From Dendrobates tinctorius (taxonomy: Eukaryota), in the NCBI RefSeq assembly GCF_039654945.1, contig NW_027361677.1, positions 4,838,392 to 4,900,000 of the forward strand: 61,609 bases of DNA, written 5' to 3'. The position numbers and the translations under genes were made by a program. The number at the start of each line of letters is the position of its first letter. Within the stretch, counting starts at the first letter, position 1. Below, in pieces: positions 37,150 through 49,134 of this stretch. The notes beneath the pieces are model-generated. The model did no database searches and was not told the origin of the DNA. It saw only the letters and a program-made list of their open reading frames with translations.

Positions 37150-40100
37150 TGTCAGGAACACCGCACTGAACTTGCTCACTGAGCCAGTGCGCGTGTCCTG
37201 AGTAAAGCGAACTGTGCTCAACGATACCTGTGGAGCGGGCAGCAGCCGAGTAGGTGCGTACTTCAGAACAGCAGGACCTGAAGCACGTGACCGCTGGGGG
37301 CGTGGCCTAAACTCCAGGGAGCTAGGAGCTGCAAGAGAACTCCTAGAAGGGTAACTGCGAGACAAAGTTACCAAGGGGCATAGACAAGGAGGATAGTCAG
37401 GACATAGCCAATGAGTCATACACAGAGATAGTTGCAAAGTACAAGAGGGGCGAGCAGAGAGTAGTCAGGTCACAGGCAATGAGTCATACACAGAGATAAT
37501 AACGCAGTACAGAATCAACAGGCAAACTCACAACGGGAAACAGAACCAGGTCAGAACCATATAAACAAGCTATAACAACGAACAGGCACACAGGGGTCAG
37601 CACACTAGGCCAAAGGCAAAAGTATAACTGGCAGGGAAAGAAGCTTCCCAGGGGTTTAAGAAGCTCTCCCAGAACCAGAAAGAGGCCACAATCATTAACC
37701 CCAGGTGTGCAGGTCAAAACCTGCACTGAGCGCCAGACATTAACCCCAGGTATGCAGCTCAAAAACCTGCACTGGGATCATGACAGTACCCCCCTCTCAA
37801 CGGGGGGGCCTCTGGACCCCCAGGATTCCCCGGGTACTTGGCATGGAAAGCCCGAACGAGGCGATCTGCATGTACCAAGCGAGCAGGGACCCATGAGCAC
37901 TCCTCTGGTCCATATCCCTTCCAGTGGACCAGGTACTGCAAAGAGCGGCGCACCCACCGAGAGTCCACAATATGTCCGACCTCATACTCCAATTGACCCT
38001 CCACCAGCACTGGAGGAACAACAGACTCAGAGTCCTCTTTGACAGACCCTGCGGGTTTCGGCAGAGATTTATGGAACACATTGGATATTTTTAAAGAGGC
38101 GGGGAGACGCAACCTATATGCCACTGGGTTGACTATCTCCACAATCTCGTATGGACCAATGAACTTTGGTCCCAACTTAGCTGATGGTACCTTTAAGTTG
38201 ATGTTACGTGTGGAGAGCCAGACCTACTCTACCACCTGAAACATGTTTCCTGAAGTTCTCTTTTTGTCCGCAAAATATTTGTATCTCCCCTGGGCCCGAG
38301 AGATATTACGCCGGACTTCAGCCCAGAGGTTTTTTAACCGTTGAACAGACCCCTCTGCCCCTGGACAACCGGAATCCACCCGTGAAAACTCCCCAAAATG
38401 CGGACTAAACCCATAGTTAATCAGGAATGGGGACATGTTGGTGGACTGACTCACCCGATTGTTAAAAGCGAATTCCGCCAATGGTAACGCATCACACCAA
38501 TCCTCCTGTCTGGCGGAGGTCAGACACCTGAGAATTTGTTCCAGAGATTGATTGGTGCGTTCTGTCTGACCATTACTCTCCGGGTGATATGCCGACGAGA
38601 AGGAGAGTGAGATGCCCAATTTCATACAGAACGCCCTCCAAAATTTGGCCACAAACTGCACACCTCTGTCAGACACAACATTCAGGGGTACCCCATGCAA
38701 TCGGACCACATGCTGCACAAACAATCTTGACAATGTTTCTGCTGAGGGTAATGCTGCCAAGGGAATGAAATGGGCCTGTTTAGAAAACCTATCTACCACC
38801 ACCCAGATCACGGTATTACCCCTGGAAGGTGGAAGGCCGGTAATAAAATCCATGGAAAGGTGAGTCCATGGCCTATCAGGAACCGGTAAAGGTATGAGTT
38901 CCCCAGCCGGTCGGTTATGCGAGCTTTTGGAACGGGCACACATGCCACAAGCAGAAACAAAATCCTTGACATCGGACCTTAGTGAAGGCCACCAAAAACC
39001 CCTGGCTACTGCCTCTCTAGTGGCCGTGATACCTGGATGAGCACTCAGCCTAGACTCATGAAACTCCTGCAGAAGTCTAGGCCGCAACAAATCTGGAACA
39101 AACAGTTTATCCCCTGGCCTGGTTGCCGGACCTAGGGCCTGAGCCCTTAGAATTTCTTGTTCCAACTCAGTTGAGACCCCCGCAACTACCACCCCTGGGG
39201 GAAGAATGGAGGACGGCGGCTCAGGGGGAGACACTGGATCAAAACTTCTGGACAGGGCATCCGCTTTAACATTTTTGGACCCCGGACGAAAAGTAATAGA
39301 GAACTGAAATCGTGAAAAAAAAGAGTGACCAACGGGCTTGTCTAGGGGTAAGCCTCTTAGCAGATTCAAGGTATGCCAAATTTTTGTGATCCGTGACAAC
39401 CGTGATAGGGTGAGCCGCCCCTTCCAAAAAGTGCCTCCATTCCTCAAACGCCAGCTTGACCGCAAGAAGTTCTCTATTGCCTACATCATAGTTTTTCTCA
39501 GCTGAGAACTTCTTGGAGAAGAAGGCACAGGGTTTGAGATTGGTAAGGGTGGCCGGACCCTGGGACAGCACAGCCCTCACCCCCACTTCAGAAGCATCCA
39601 CCTTCACAATGAATGGTTTGGACGGGTCAGGTTGTACCAACACCGGGGCAGACATGAAACATTTCTTAATCGCTGAGAAGGACTCCTTAGCGAGTACAGA
39701 CCAATTTTTTACATCAGCGCCCTTCTGGGTAAGATCCGTGAGTGGTTTAACCACTTGTGAGAAACCTTTAATGAATCTTCGATAATAGTTCGCAAATCCT
39801 AAGAAGCACTGGAGCCCCTTGAGATCTCGAGGCTGAACCCAGTCAGCGATCGCCAGCACCTTCTTAGGATCCATACGAAATCCCTCACAGGACACAATCA
39901 ACCCCAAAAAAGACAGTTCCTGAACAAAAAACGAACATTTTTCCAATTTAGCGAACAATTGGTTCTCCCTGAGTCTCTGGAGAACTGTCCTTAGATGTTG
40001 CAAGTGAGACTGACTGTCCGGGGAATACACCAAAATGTCATCCAAATAAATAATAACAAAACGGCCTATCAGGTCAGAAAATACAACATTGATGAAATTC

Positions 40101-41784
40101 TGGAAAATAGCGGGTGCATTAGTTAACCCAAACGGCATAACCAGGTTCTCAAAGAGTCCTTCTGATGTGAGGAACGCAGTTTTCCACTCGTCCCCTTCCC
40201 GAACCCTTATCAGATTGTAGGCCCCCCTGGAGATCTAACTTGGAGAACCATTGGTCCCCCGCTAACTGGTTACATAAGTATGGGATGAGGGGAAGCGGGT
40301 AAGTGTTCCTAACCGTTATCTTGTTAAGTTCTCGAAAGTCGAGGCACGGCCGCAATCCCCCATCTTTCTTCTTCACAAAGAAGAATCCTGCTGCCCCAGG
40401 TGACACAGAAGGCCTGATATGCCCTTTGTGGAGACTCTCAGCTATGTACTACTTCATGGCTCTCATGCCCAGACAAATTTAACAATCGAGCCTTAGGTAA
40501 CTTGGCTCCGGGTACTAAATCAATGGCACAATCGTAGGGTCTATGTGGTGGCAGCGCCTCAGCCTCACTTTCGGAAAAAACCTCTTCGAAATCCTTCAGG
40601 TACTCCGGAATACCTTCCAGACCGACAGACGACACAGACACGGATTTAACAGTGTTAACAAGATGTCCCAGGTTACCACATTTATCATTGCATCCCCATT
40701 GAGTGATTTCCCCTGTAACCCAATCAATGGTAGGATTATGGCGTTGAAGCCAAGGCATCCCCAGTACCAGTCCTGCAGGCAAATTATCTAGCACAAGACA
40801 ACTTAGTTTTTCCACATGAGTGGAACCCACTTTTAGAGAAAAAAGTTCAGAGCTGCAACAGATACCGCCCTGGGTAAGAGGAGACGAGTCAATTGCCACA
40901 AGTTTAACAGGATCGTGAAGCCTGACTGTCCCTATCTTATTGAGAGTCATAACTTTGGTATCAATCAGATTCACAGCAGAACCACAGTCAACAAAAGCAG
41001 TAGTGTGAACAGGACCATAACCAAGTTCCAGTTCCACCTGCAGCACCATTTTTGCACGTGAGGAAAATTGTACCTGAAGGTCTGGGTAGCCTCCTCGACT
41101 ACTACCCAGACCTAGTCGTTTCCCGCCATCTTGGAGGATGACGGACAGGAGGGGCAGTCCTTCTTCCAGTGTCCGGATTCCCCACAATAGAAGCACAACT
41201 GCTTCTCCCGGCGGTGTCTTCTTTCTTTTTCCTCACAGGTGACAGCGCTCACCTCCATAGCCACAGGAAGAGTCCGGGTCTCATCTCCACTGAAGAATAC
41301 TGGTGTTTCCCGTTGCATAACGCCTCTAGCCCTCAGTCTGCGATCCATGCAAACCGCTTGGGTCATGGTATCCTCCAGGGAGTCAGGCGGAGGATGGAGT
41401 GCCAAAGCATCCTTCAGACGTTCACACAGGCCTCTGTGGAACAGCCCCCGAAGGGCGGCATCACTCCAGGAAGTCTCGGCTGCCCAACGTCTGAATTCAG
41501 TACAGAACCAACAGGCAAACTCACAACGGGAAACAGAACCGGGTCAGAACCATATAAACAAGCTGTAACAACAAACAGGCACAGGCACACAGGGGTCAGC
41601 ACACTAGGCCCAAGGCAAAAGTATAACTGGCAAGGATTGAAGCTTCACAGGGGTTTAAGAAGCTCTCCCAGAACCAGAAAGAGGCCACCATCATTAACCC
41701 CATGTGTGCAGGTTAAAACCTGCACTGAGCTCCAGACATTAACCCCTGTCGTGCAGCTCAAAAACCTGCACTGGGATCATGACA
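37150..41784 (-). mobile_element. Ty3/Gypsy chromovirus (sushi-like) LTR retrotransposon, TSD TAAAG, 5' LTR/gag deletion
   Basis: 3' LTR 37150-37785 preceded by PPT GAGAGGGGGGTAC; partial 5' LTR 41498-41784; TAAAG on both flanks. Confidence 0.93.
37790..41497 (-). pseudogene. Gypsy gag-pol (CCHC knuckle, protease, RT, RNase H, integrase, chromodomain) with frameshifts
   Basis: CFYCGESGHWKKDC; FVDCGS; IYLDDIL; NYDVGNRELLAV; H..H..CGMC, SMDF/VSDRG/GQTE; EYEVGHIVDSR...YLVHWKGYGPEECSW. Confidence 0.93.
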
Positions 41785-43420
41785 TAAAGCTCTAATAAAG
41801 CTCTGATAAAACTATGATGAAGTACTGAAAAAACTCAGAGAAAGCTCTGAAGTACTGAAAAAACTCCGATAAAGCTCTAATGAAACTCTGATAAAGCTCT
41901 GATACAACTGTGAAAAAACTCTTATAAAGCTCTGATGATACTCTTATTAAACTGATGAAACTATGACAAAACTCTGCTAGAGCTCTGAGATGGTTTAATT
42001 AATCCTGCATTGAGTAGGGGGTTGAATCCGATGACCCTAGAGGTCTCTTCCAAATTTGACATTGAATGATTCTATGATAAAGCTTAGATAAACCTTTGAT
42101 TCAACTAATGAAACTCTGATAAAGTTTTGATGAAACTCTGATAAAGCTCTCATGAAACTGTTAAAACTGCTCAAACTCTGATACAGATCTGATAAAGCTT
42201 CGACAAAGCTCTGATGGAATTCTGATAAAGCTCTCAAGAAACTCTGATAAAGCTTCGATAAAGCTCTGATTAAACTCCGATAAACCTCTGCTGAAATTGA
42301 TGAAAGTCTGATAAAGCTCTGATGATACTCTGATAAAGCTTTGATAAAGCTCTCATGAAACTCTGTTGAAACTGATCAAGCTTTAATGAAACTCTCATCG
42401 AAATCACTGATGAAACTCTGATAAAGCTTCGATAAAGCTCTGATGAAACTGTGATAAAGCTCAGATAAAGCTTCAATAAAGTTCTGATGAAACTCTGATA
42501 AACCTCTGATGAAACTCTGATAAAGCTTCGATAAAGCTCTGATGAAACTCTGATAAAGCTTCGATAAAGCTCTGATGAAACTCAGATAAAGCTTCAATAA
42601 AGCTCTGATGAAACTCTGATAAAGCTTCGATAAAGCTCTGATAAAACTCAGATAAAGCTTTGATGAAGCCCTGATAAAACTCAGATAAAGCTTCAATAAA
42701 GCTCTGATGAAACTGATAAAGCTTCAATAAAGCTCTGATAAAACTCAGATAAAGCTTTGATAAAGCCCTGATAAAACTGGTAAAGCTCTGATGAAACTGT
42801 GATAAAGCTTTGATAAAGCTCTCATGAAACTCTGTTGAAACTGATCAAGCTTTAATGAAACTCTCATCGAAATCACTGATGAAACTCTGATAAAGCTTCG
42901 ATAAAGCTCTGATGAAACTGTGATAAAGCTCAGATAAAGCTTCAATAAAGTTCTGATGAAACTCTGATAAACCTCTGATGAAACTCTGATAAAGCTTCGA
43001 TAAAGCTCTGATGAAACTCTGATAAAGCTTCGATAAAGCTCTGATGAAACTCAGATAAAGCTTCAATAAAGCTCTGATGAAACTCTGATAAAGCTTCGAT
43101 AAAGCTCTGATAAAACTCAGATAAAGCTTTGATGAAGCCCTGATAAAACTCAGATAAAGCTTCAATAAAGCTCTGATGAAACTGATAAAGCTTCAATAAA
43201 GCTCTGATAAAACTCAGATAAAGCTTTGATAAAGCCCTGATAAAACTGGTAAAGCTCTGATGAAACTGTGATAAAGCTTTGATAAAGTTCTGATGAAACT
43301 CTGATAAAGCTCAGATAAAACTTCGATACATTTCTGATGAAACTCATATAACGGATGAAAATCTGATGAAGCTCTCATGAAACTCTGCTGAAACTCTCAC
43401 CGAAATCACTGACAAAACTC
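41785..43420. repeat. 11-bp-monomer minisatellite with a 469-bp higher-order duplication
   Basis: GATAAAGCTCT / GATGAAACTCT / GATAAAGCTTC monomers; identical ORF-track translations offset by 469 bp (42376 vs 42845; 42473 vs 42942). Confidence 0.92.
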
Positions 43421-43599
43421 GGCCAGTTTTACTTGTTAGTGAAAAAACTAACGTGTGAATGAGGCCATATGCTTAAAATCTAAAGTCATGGTGGGGGAAA
43501 TATACAGAAAGATGTAATTTTTTGCTCTGCAGTATACCGGCATCTGACAACTGTCCTGAGCTTATCCAGCTTTGGACTTCAGCCTCATGACCTGAGAAT

Positions 43600-45330
43600 T
43601 TTGGTCTGCTCCTGCCTTGCCCCCAATGACAGCGCGGCCAGTGGGCACCGGCTGTCACGCATGTCGCCCTTACGGTAGGTCCTGCCCAGCCCAGATTCCT
43701 GGTGCAGGTCTCCGTACTTGGTGCACAGCGTGGCTCCTCACTAGGGGCCCCTGGGCTCTAGGCTTCTAGTACAGGTGAACACGTTACGTCTTCAGGTCCG
43801 GGGTTTCGTCTCGTCTATCCTACTAAGACGTTAACGCTGTAAGAACCGCCTGACAAGAGCGCCCCCCTGGGCAGGGTCCTGACCCCGCCACATCACACAG
43901 GGACCAAACTCCCATTATTTACCTGTCTTCCCCAATCCAGCAGAATGTCAGCTCTTCGGAAAATCTGGTGCAGCTCACACCCCGGGGCCAGTGACACCGC
44001 GACTCCTCCACACCCACTTAACACTTCAGCTGCCAAAGAGAACAGGAAACTGCATGAAGAACAAGAAATCCGAAAGCGAAAACAGCCCTGGTAGGCGCTG
44101 AATGACGAGAGCGCCCCACAGCGCCCCCGAGGGATATGTGGCCGTACGATGGATGCCATTGCAACACAAGCACACACCGACACTCACACCGACACTGCGC
44201 TTCCTGTTTGGGCTTATTTTATGTGAGTTGCTACATTTTGCAACAAGAAAAAAAAAGAAACAGCCCAATCGCTTGTTCCCATTGATACACGGACTGGCCG
44301 GCGGCTCACCCGACCCCGACAGATGTATAGACAGATATGAAGCTGTCACGCTCAGGTCGGGAAAGCCGCCAGCCAGTCCGTGCATTGATGTCCGACTTAT
44401 ACGTCCGTTTGCGCCTTTTCCCTGTACATTCAGCTTTGATGCGGTCTGTGGTTATAAATCAGTTGAGAGGAGCTCAGAAAAGAGTCAAAAAAACAGAATG
44501 AGCTCACTGACAGATTCTCAGTTAACTCCTCCTGCAGCCAGCAATGGGCATTGCAACACAGATGCTGTGGAAGGCAAAATCTACATTAATAATAAATAAA
44601 TAAAATCCAATTACAAAAATCATTTTTAACCCCAAATACATGCACTTAAATAACAAAAAATGGACAATCCGGTTTGTGATGGATGGGAAACCTTGTTCAT
44701 GCATCATCACCCAGAGACCATGAAATCCAGACAGACTAGAACAGCAAGGTGTGAATGAAACACTAAAAAAGGCTTCCCTGCACCTTAGTGATCACAGCTA
44801 ACTCTGTCCAGCAGCAAAGGTGTTAAACAAACGCCCCGCCTACTTTTCCAGAGGCCGAGCTTTCCGTCGTTGGCTGCTTCCTGGTAAAGCGGATTGGCTG
44901 CGCTGCTGTAAAGCGGTCAGCTGATCATAGCTTGTTAGTGATTGGCTGTTGGGGAGTACGCAGGCATTAGCAGGTTAGGTTGTCGTATGTTTGTGTGACT
45001 TGCTGCACGCAGCACGTGTTATTGGGGAGAGGCCTCGTGTAGAGGCCGCTGGGTGACGTGACTGTGACGTCCTAGGGCTTCAAGTACCGGAGCTGGTAAT
45101 ACAAGGATAGTGTGATCTGCGAGCTCGGTGTCACACTACAACCCCCCCAGTCTTGGCCAGCCGCTAGGAGTTGTAGTTTACCAACAGCTGGGTCGCTGTA
45201 AATTTCACTCTAAGCCTAGCTGCAGCATAGACTTCCCTCCCCCTTGCTTTACACTGCAGCTCTGCTTGGTTTAAATTTTTTCTAATTTTCTTTTTTTTTC
45301 AAAACTGACTGTATTTTCTTGTCTATAGTG
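43600..45330. promoter_or_regulatory. CpG-rich putative bidirectional promoter region of TRADD and PDCD2L
   Basis: Non-repetitive CpG-rich DNA; ATTGG boxes (~44893, 44941), GC box (~44834), ETS-like CTTCCTG (~44200, 44877), TGACGT motifs (~45054-45070). Confidence 0.55.
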
Positions 45331-45438
45331 ATGGCGCAGCCGTCGTGTCGAGTCGAACGTGTCCTGCTGGGGTTTAAAGATGCAGAACTGGAAGGCAAGG
45401 CTTCATCCTGGGATGTCAGCAAGATCGGCGGTGTGCCG
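45331..45438 (+). CDS. PDCD2L: PDCD2L coding exon 1
   Basis: MAQPSCRVERVLLGFKDA...SWDVSKIGGVP|gtaag (cf. VLLGLRDA...SKLGGIP); an acceptor tag lies just before the ATG. Confidence 0.93.
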
Positions 45439-45551
45439 GTAAGAAGCGCCAGGGCGGGGGGTTAGTGCCTGATGACAGTCCTCGCCCCTCAAGGACCCTC
45501 TGGCACCTGAATGGGATTCAGTCATTGATTGCCTGTTGTTTTATTTCACAG

Positions 45552-45715
45552 CACCCGATGCCGCAGCTGACGCTTCTTTTTCCTTCGTGTCCTCTGTGCT
45601 CGTCAGTCCTCTGCCACGTCGTCCAGGTCTACTGCCCCCTAGAGGGCTCGCGCTACCATCGTGTAATCCATGTGTTTGCCTGCAGTACAAAGTCCTGTTG
45701 GGGGAAAGCTGAAAG
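45552..45715 (+). CDS. PDCD2L: PDCD2L coding exon 2
   Basis: cacag|HPMP...CPLC...VVQVYCPLEGSRYHRVIHVFAC...CWG|gtgat. Confidence 0.95.
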
Positions 45716-46046
45716 GTGATTTATCTGCGGCTGTGCCCATTGTAGATTAGGCATTTACCAAATTGGAGGCCACACTCCGACTAGACGTTTCCAACCTGGC
45801 CTGATTCACTTGTATTGAACGAGGCTGTGCACGTCTAGTCGGCCTGTGATTGCATGTATGCAAATCCCACACCCGCTGCTCCCGGCACCAGAAATCCTCC
45901 CAGAGCTCAGTGTGTGTGATGTGAGGGCTTGCAAGTCTGCAGTCACATAGTTGCTGCAGACTTGTAGCTTAAGGACAGACAACCCCGTTAATGTATTATT
46001 ATTATTTTATTATCTCATACAATTGTACTTTTCGCCTTTATTACAG

Positions 46047-46116
46047 CTGGGTGGCATTACGATCACAGTGCCCCGAGACCCATCACCCAGCGGTCACACA
46101 AGCCGCCCTGAAGCAG
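46047..46116 (+). CDS. PDCD2L: PDCD2L coding exon 3
   Basis: ttacag|SWVALRSQC...LKQ|gtatg; phase-consistent. Confidence 0.9.
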
Positions 46117-46191
46117 GTATGTCAATAGGTCTTCATGTATACGTGTGGCGTGACATTCCTATTTGTTCAATGTTCATTGGTTTTTCTCCAG

Positions 46192-46499
46192 GAAGACAAG
46201 ATGGCTGCCACAGACTGGTGTGAGGACGCTGATGATTGGGGGCTTGATAAGGCTGAGTCTCATGCCACCTGCTGCCCGGCGGTGCCTGCACCCACAGACT
46301 GGACGGCACAGCTCCAGGACCTCTCCCTCGCCGACACGTCAGAGACAGTTAGGTCCGGGGACTCCATCTTCAGATCTTATTACATAGCGGTTGCAGAGGA
46401 GGAGGATTGTGCCTGGGACACGAATCTGGATCATGCACGTCGTCTCCTTACGGATTACGAGAAGCGGGAGGAGGCGCTGGTAATGGCGGACCCTGAGAG
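46192..46499 (+). CDS. PDCD2L: PDCD2L coding exon 4
   Basis: ccag|EDKMAATDWCEDADDWG...YYIAVAEEE...LDHARRLL|gtgag. Confidence 0.93.
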
Positions 46500-46658
46500 G
46501 TGAGAAGAAATGGTGGGCGCCACAGTCCGATCTTCTATAACAGGGGGAGTGGGGTATAATGCTGAGGAAAGGTGTGGGAGATATATTGGCGGCCATATTG
46601 GTTGTCGTGGTTACAGTGCGCCTGATCCTTGTGGTAAATTCCTTTTTCTCGTTTACAG

Positions 46659-46766
46659 CGGTGGTGGAGAAGGCGAGAAATATGAGAAGTGCGACCTGCC
46701 GAGGCGAGATGTTGTGTTTCACAAGTTTTTGAAGAAGATCTCAAAGTGCCATCAGCAAATCCTCAG
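46659..46766 (+). CDS. PDCD2L: PDCD2L coding exon 5
   Basis: ttacag|GEKYEK...FHKFLKKISKCHQQILR|gttggt. Confidence 0.93.
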
Positions 46767-46787
46767 GTTGGTAAACCCTGAGCTTTA

Positions 46788-47739
46788 GGCGGAGTTCACA
46801 CGTGGCGTTTTTTTCGCGTTTCTGCGGCGGTTTTAACCGCGAAAAATAATCATCCCATGCATTCCTATGGGATTCCGCAATGCTGTGCTAATGCTGCGGT
46901 TTTTACCGCGGCGGAATCGCTTTTCGGTAAAAAGCGCAGCATGCTCATTATTTTGCGGAATCGCGGCGATCCAGCACCCAGAGGAATGCATTGTTCTGCT
47001 TATTTTCCGCATGTGGCTGTGCACACGATGCGAAAAGTAAGCAGAACAATTGCGGATGGTACCCACGGTCCGGAGGAGAGGAGACTGTCCTCCGGGCTTT
47101 GGGTACCATATCCCTGTAAAAAATAGAATTTAAAATAAAAAATATTGTTATTCTTACCTTCCAATGTCCCGCGCAGCCTTCCCGCCTCTCTCCACGCTCC
47201 CGGTCCCAGTAAGCCTTTGCAAAAATGCCCACGATGATGTCTGTTTTCGCGGGATCGCGAAGTCTCGCGGTCATTCGCGCGACGTCATCGCGATCCCGCG
47301 AGAACGGACGTCATCGCGGGCATTTTCGCAAAGGATTACTGGGAACGAGAGCGTGGAGAGAGGCGGGAAGGCTGCGCGGGACGTCGGAAGGTAAGAATAA
47401 CACCATTTTTTATTTTTTTTATTATTTTTTTACATTTTATCTTTTACTACTGATGCTGCATAGGCGGCCTCAGTAGTAAAAAGTTGGTCACACTTGTCAA
47501 ACACTATATTTGATGAGTGTGACCAACCTGTCAATCAGTTCTCCAAGCGATGCTACAGATCACTTGGAAAACGCTAGCATTCTGCAAGCTAATTACGCTT
47601 GCAAAATGCTAGTTTTTACGCTGGAAAATCGCGGGAATTTAAAATGCAATTTTTTTTTATTTTTTTTTTTCCCGCGGAATGGAATTCCGGAACTCTCGCG
47701 GTCATTTCCGCGAGAGTTCCGCTACGTGTGAACTTAGCC
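46788..47739. mobile_element. CpG-rich Harbinger-type MITE (family B, copy 1) in PDCD2L intron
   Basis: TTA-GGCGGAGTTCACACGT...ACGTGTGAACTTAGCC-TTA; homologous to 58567-59510. Confidence 0.9.
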
Positions 47740-48776
47740 TTATACTTGAGAAAGTGTCTGTGTGTTTTTAATTTTACCTCATTTTGCATCCGTAGAAAAC
47801 CTAAATTAAAAATGTTGTTTGGGTAATTCTGTCTATAACACATGGACATGTTGGGTTGATCCGAGGGCGGATGTGCTGCACTGCTTGGCTCCATCCGGTG
47901 TGTAGTTGCCGCTGCAGCATGGGTTCTGTCTGCTAGAGTAGGAGCTGATCTGTAATGTTCTGCATCGGCTGCTACATGGTGAACCGAACGGCCCTGTAAA
48001 GTGTTTTGTCACAACGAAGGACAACTGCTTGGGGGCATGCCGGGAGTCGCTCCTATACCGATCGGATATTGCTGTGAATGAGCTGAAGAGCAAAAAAGGG
48101 GGAAATAGGGTCTTTTCTTATCCAGTTTTAAAATTGAAAAGTTATTTTAACCTGGTAAAGTTGTGTTCACACAGCACTATAAGACATAGAATTACAGCCG
48201 CTGCAGGTCCATGGGTCATCTGACCAGTAAAAAGTGTGTAGACAAGGGACTAAACGTGGATGTTCTGCGCTGCTGGTGGGTGGACATGCAGACGCGTTTC
48301 GCAGTCTTCATACTACTTCATCAGGGCATAACCACACCTAAGAAAGCAGTCTGAAAACTTCAAATCGCACCAACTAATAAGTTTGCATTTTTTTATCTTT
48401 CTGCATTTCTACCCACCAGCAGCGTGGAGCAGCCACGATCTGATAGTGATGTCTTTTCCTTAGGCTAGGTAATCACTCTCGGATGGCTAAATAATCCCTT
48501 TAAGATCATGACATGTACAGTGCGGGTGCCGTCTGTATTACACGGTCAGCAATGGAAACTGAGGCGATCGGAGCCAGTTGTCAAGCGTGAATGAGGCATT
48601 TGATAGGACTCCAACATGGCCGCTCTCAGTGTTCTGCCACGGGGCACGATGGATGTGGGCTTTCATAGGAGACGAGTAATTTTAACAGTTCACTTCAATA
48701 GGCCCTATACATTAAGTTATATTGTATCATGCATTTTTTGCAAAGTTCCTCTTCATTGTGTTTTATACTTCTTCAG

Positions 48777-48922
48777 ATACTCGTGGAATGGAAGCCCCCT
48801 ATATATAAGCTCCCCAGAGGCGGCATCACGGCCTCCTTCATGTCCGCGTTGTGGAGCACCGAGAGTCTTCGAGTTCCAACTCATGCCCGCTCTCGTAACA
48901 ATGCTGCAAGGATCCAAAGCTG
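48777..48922 (+). CDS. PDCD2L: PDCD2L coding exon 6 (PDCD2_C domain)
   Basis: ttcag|YSWNGSPL...CPRCGAPRVFEFQLMPALV|gtaag. Confidence 0.95.
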
Positions 48923-49000
48923 GTAAGACAATGGGATAATCTGACACTTATGTCCGATATTAACAATGTATGGTGCATCTGATGCTTCTTTATCCTACAG

Positions 49001-49134
49001 CTCTGTCGCTGGAGTTTGGGACAGTTCTCATTTTCACCTGTGAGAGGAGCTGTTGGGGGAATGGTGCGCAGACGTCAGTGCAGGAGTACTGCATGGTACA
49101 GGAAGACCCCGACCAGAAATACTTCAATGAGTGA
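49001..49134 (+). CDS. PDCD2L: PDCD2L last coding exon
   Basis: tacag|LEFGTVLIFTCERSCW...EYCMVQEDPDQKYFNE*. Total CDS 1038 nt, 345 aa. Confidence 0.95.

Larger units (their letters stand above)
36788..43466. mobile_element. Harbinger-type MITE expanded by an internal minisatellite and interrupted by the Gypsy insertion
   Basis: GGGCTCATTCACACGT (36788) and ACGTGTGAATGAGGCC (43466) termini; the same minisatellite lies on both sides of the Gypsy element. Confidence 0.7.

Noticed and set aside
42037-43347. Repetitive ORFs (SFIRALSKLYQ…) suggesting a coiled-coil or LRR protein
   Set aside because: They are translations of the 11-bp minisatellite, broken by stops and without splice context.
44102-44599. 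165-aa ORF between the two genes
   Set aside because: No recognisable homology; its 3' half runs into a MITE sequence also seen at ~16.7 and ~20.8 kb.
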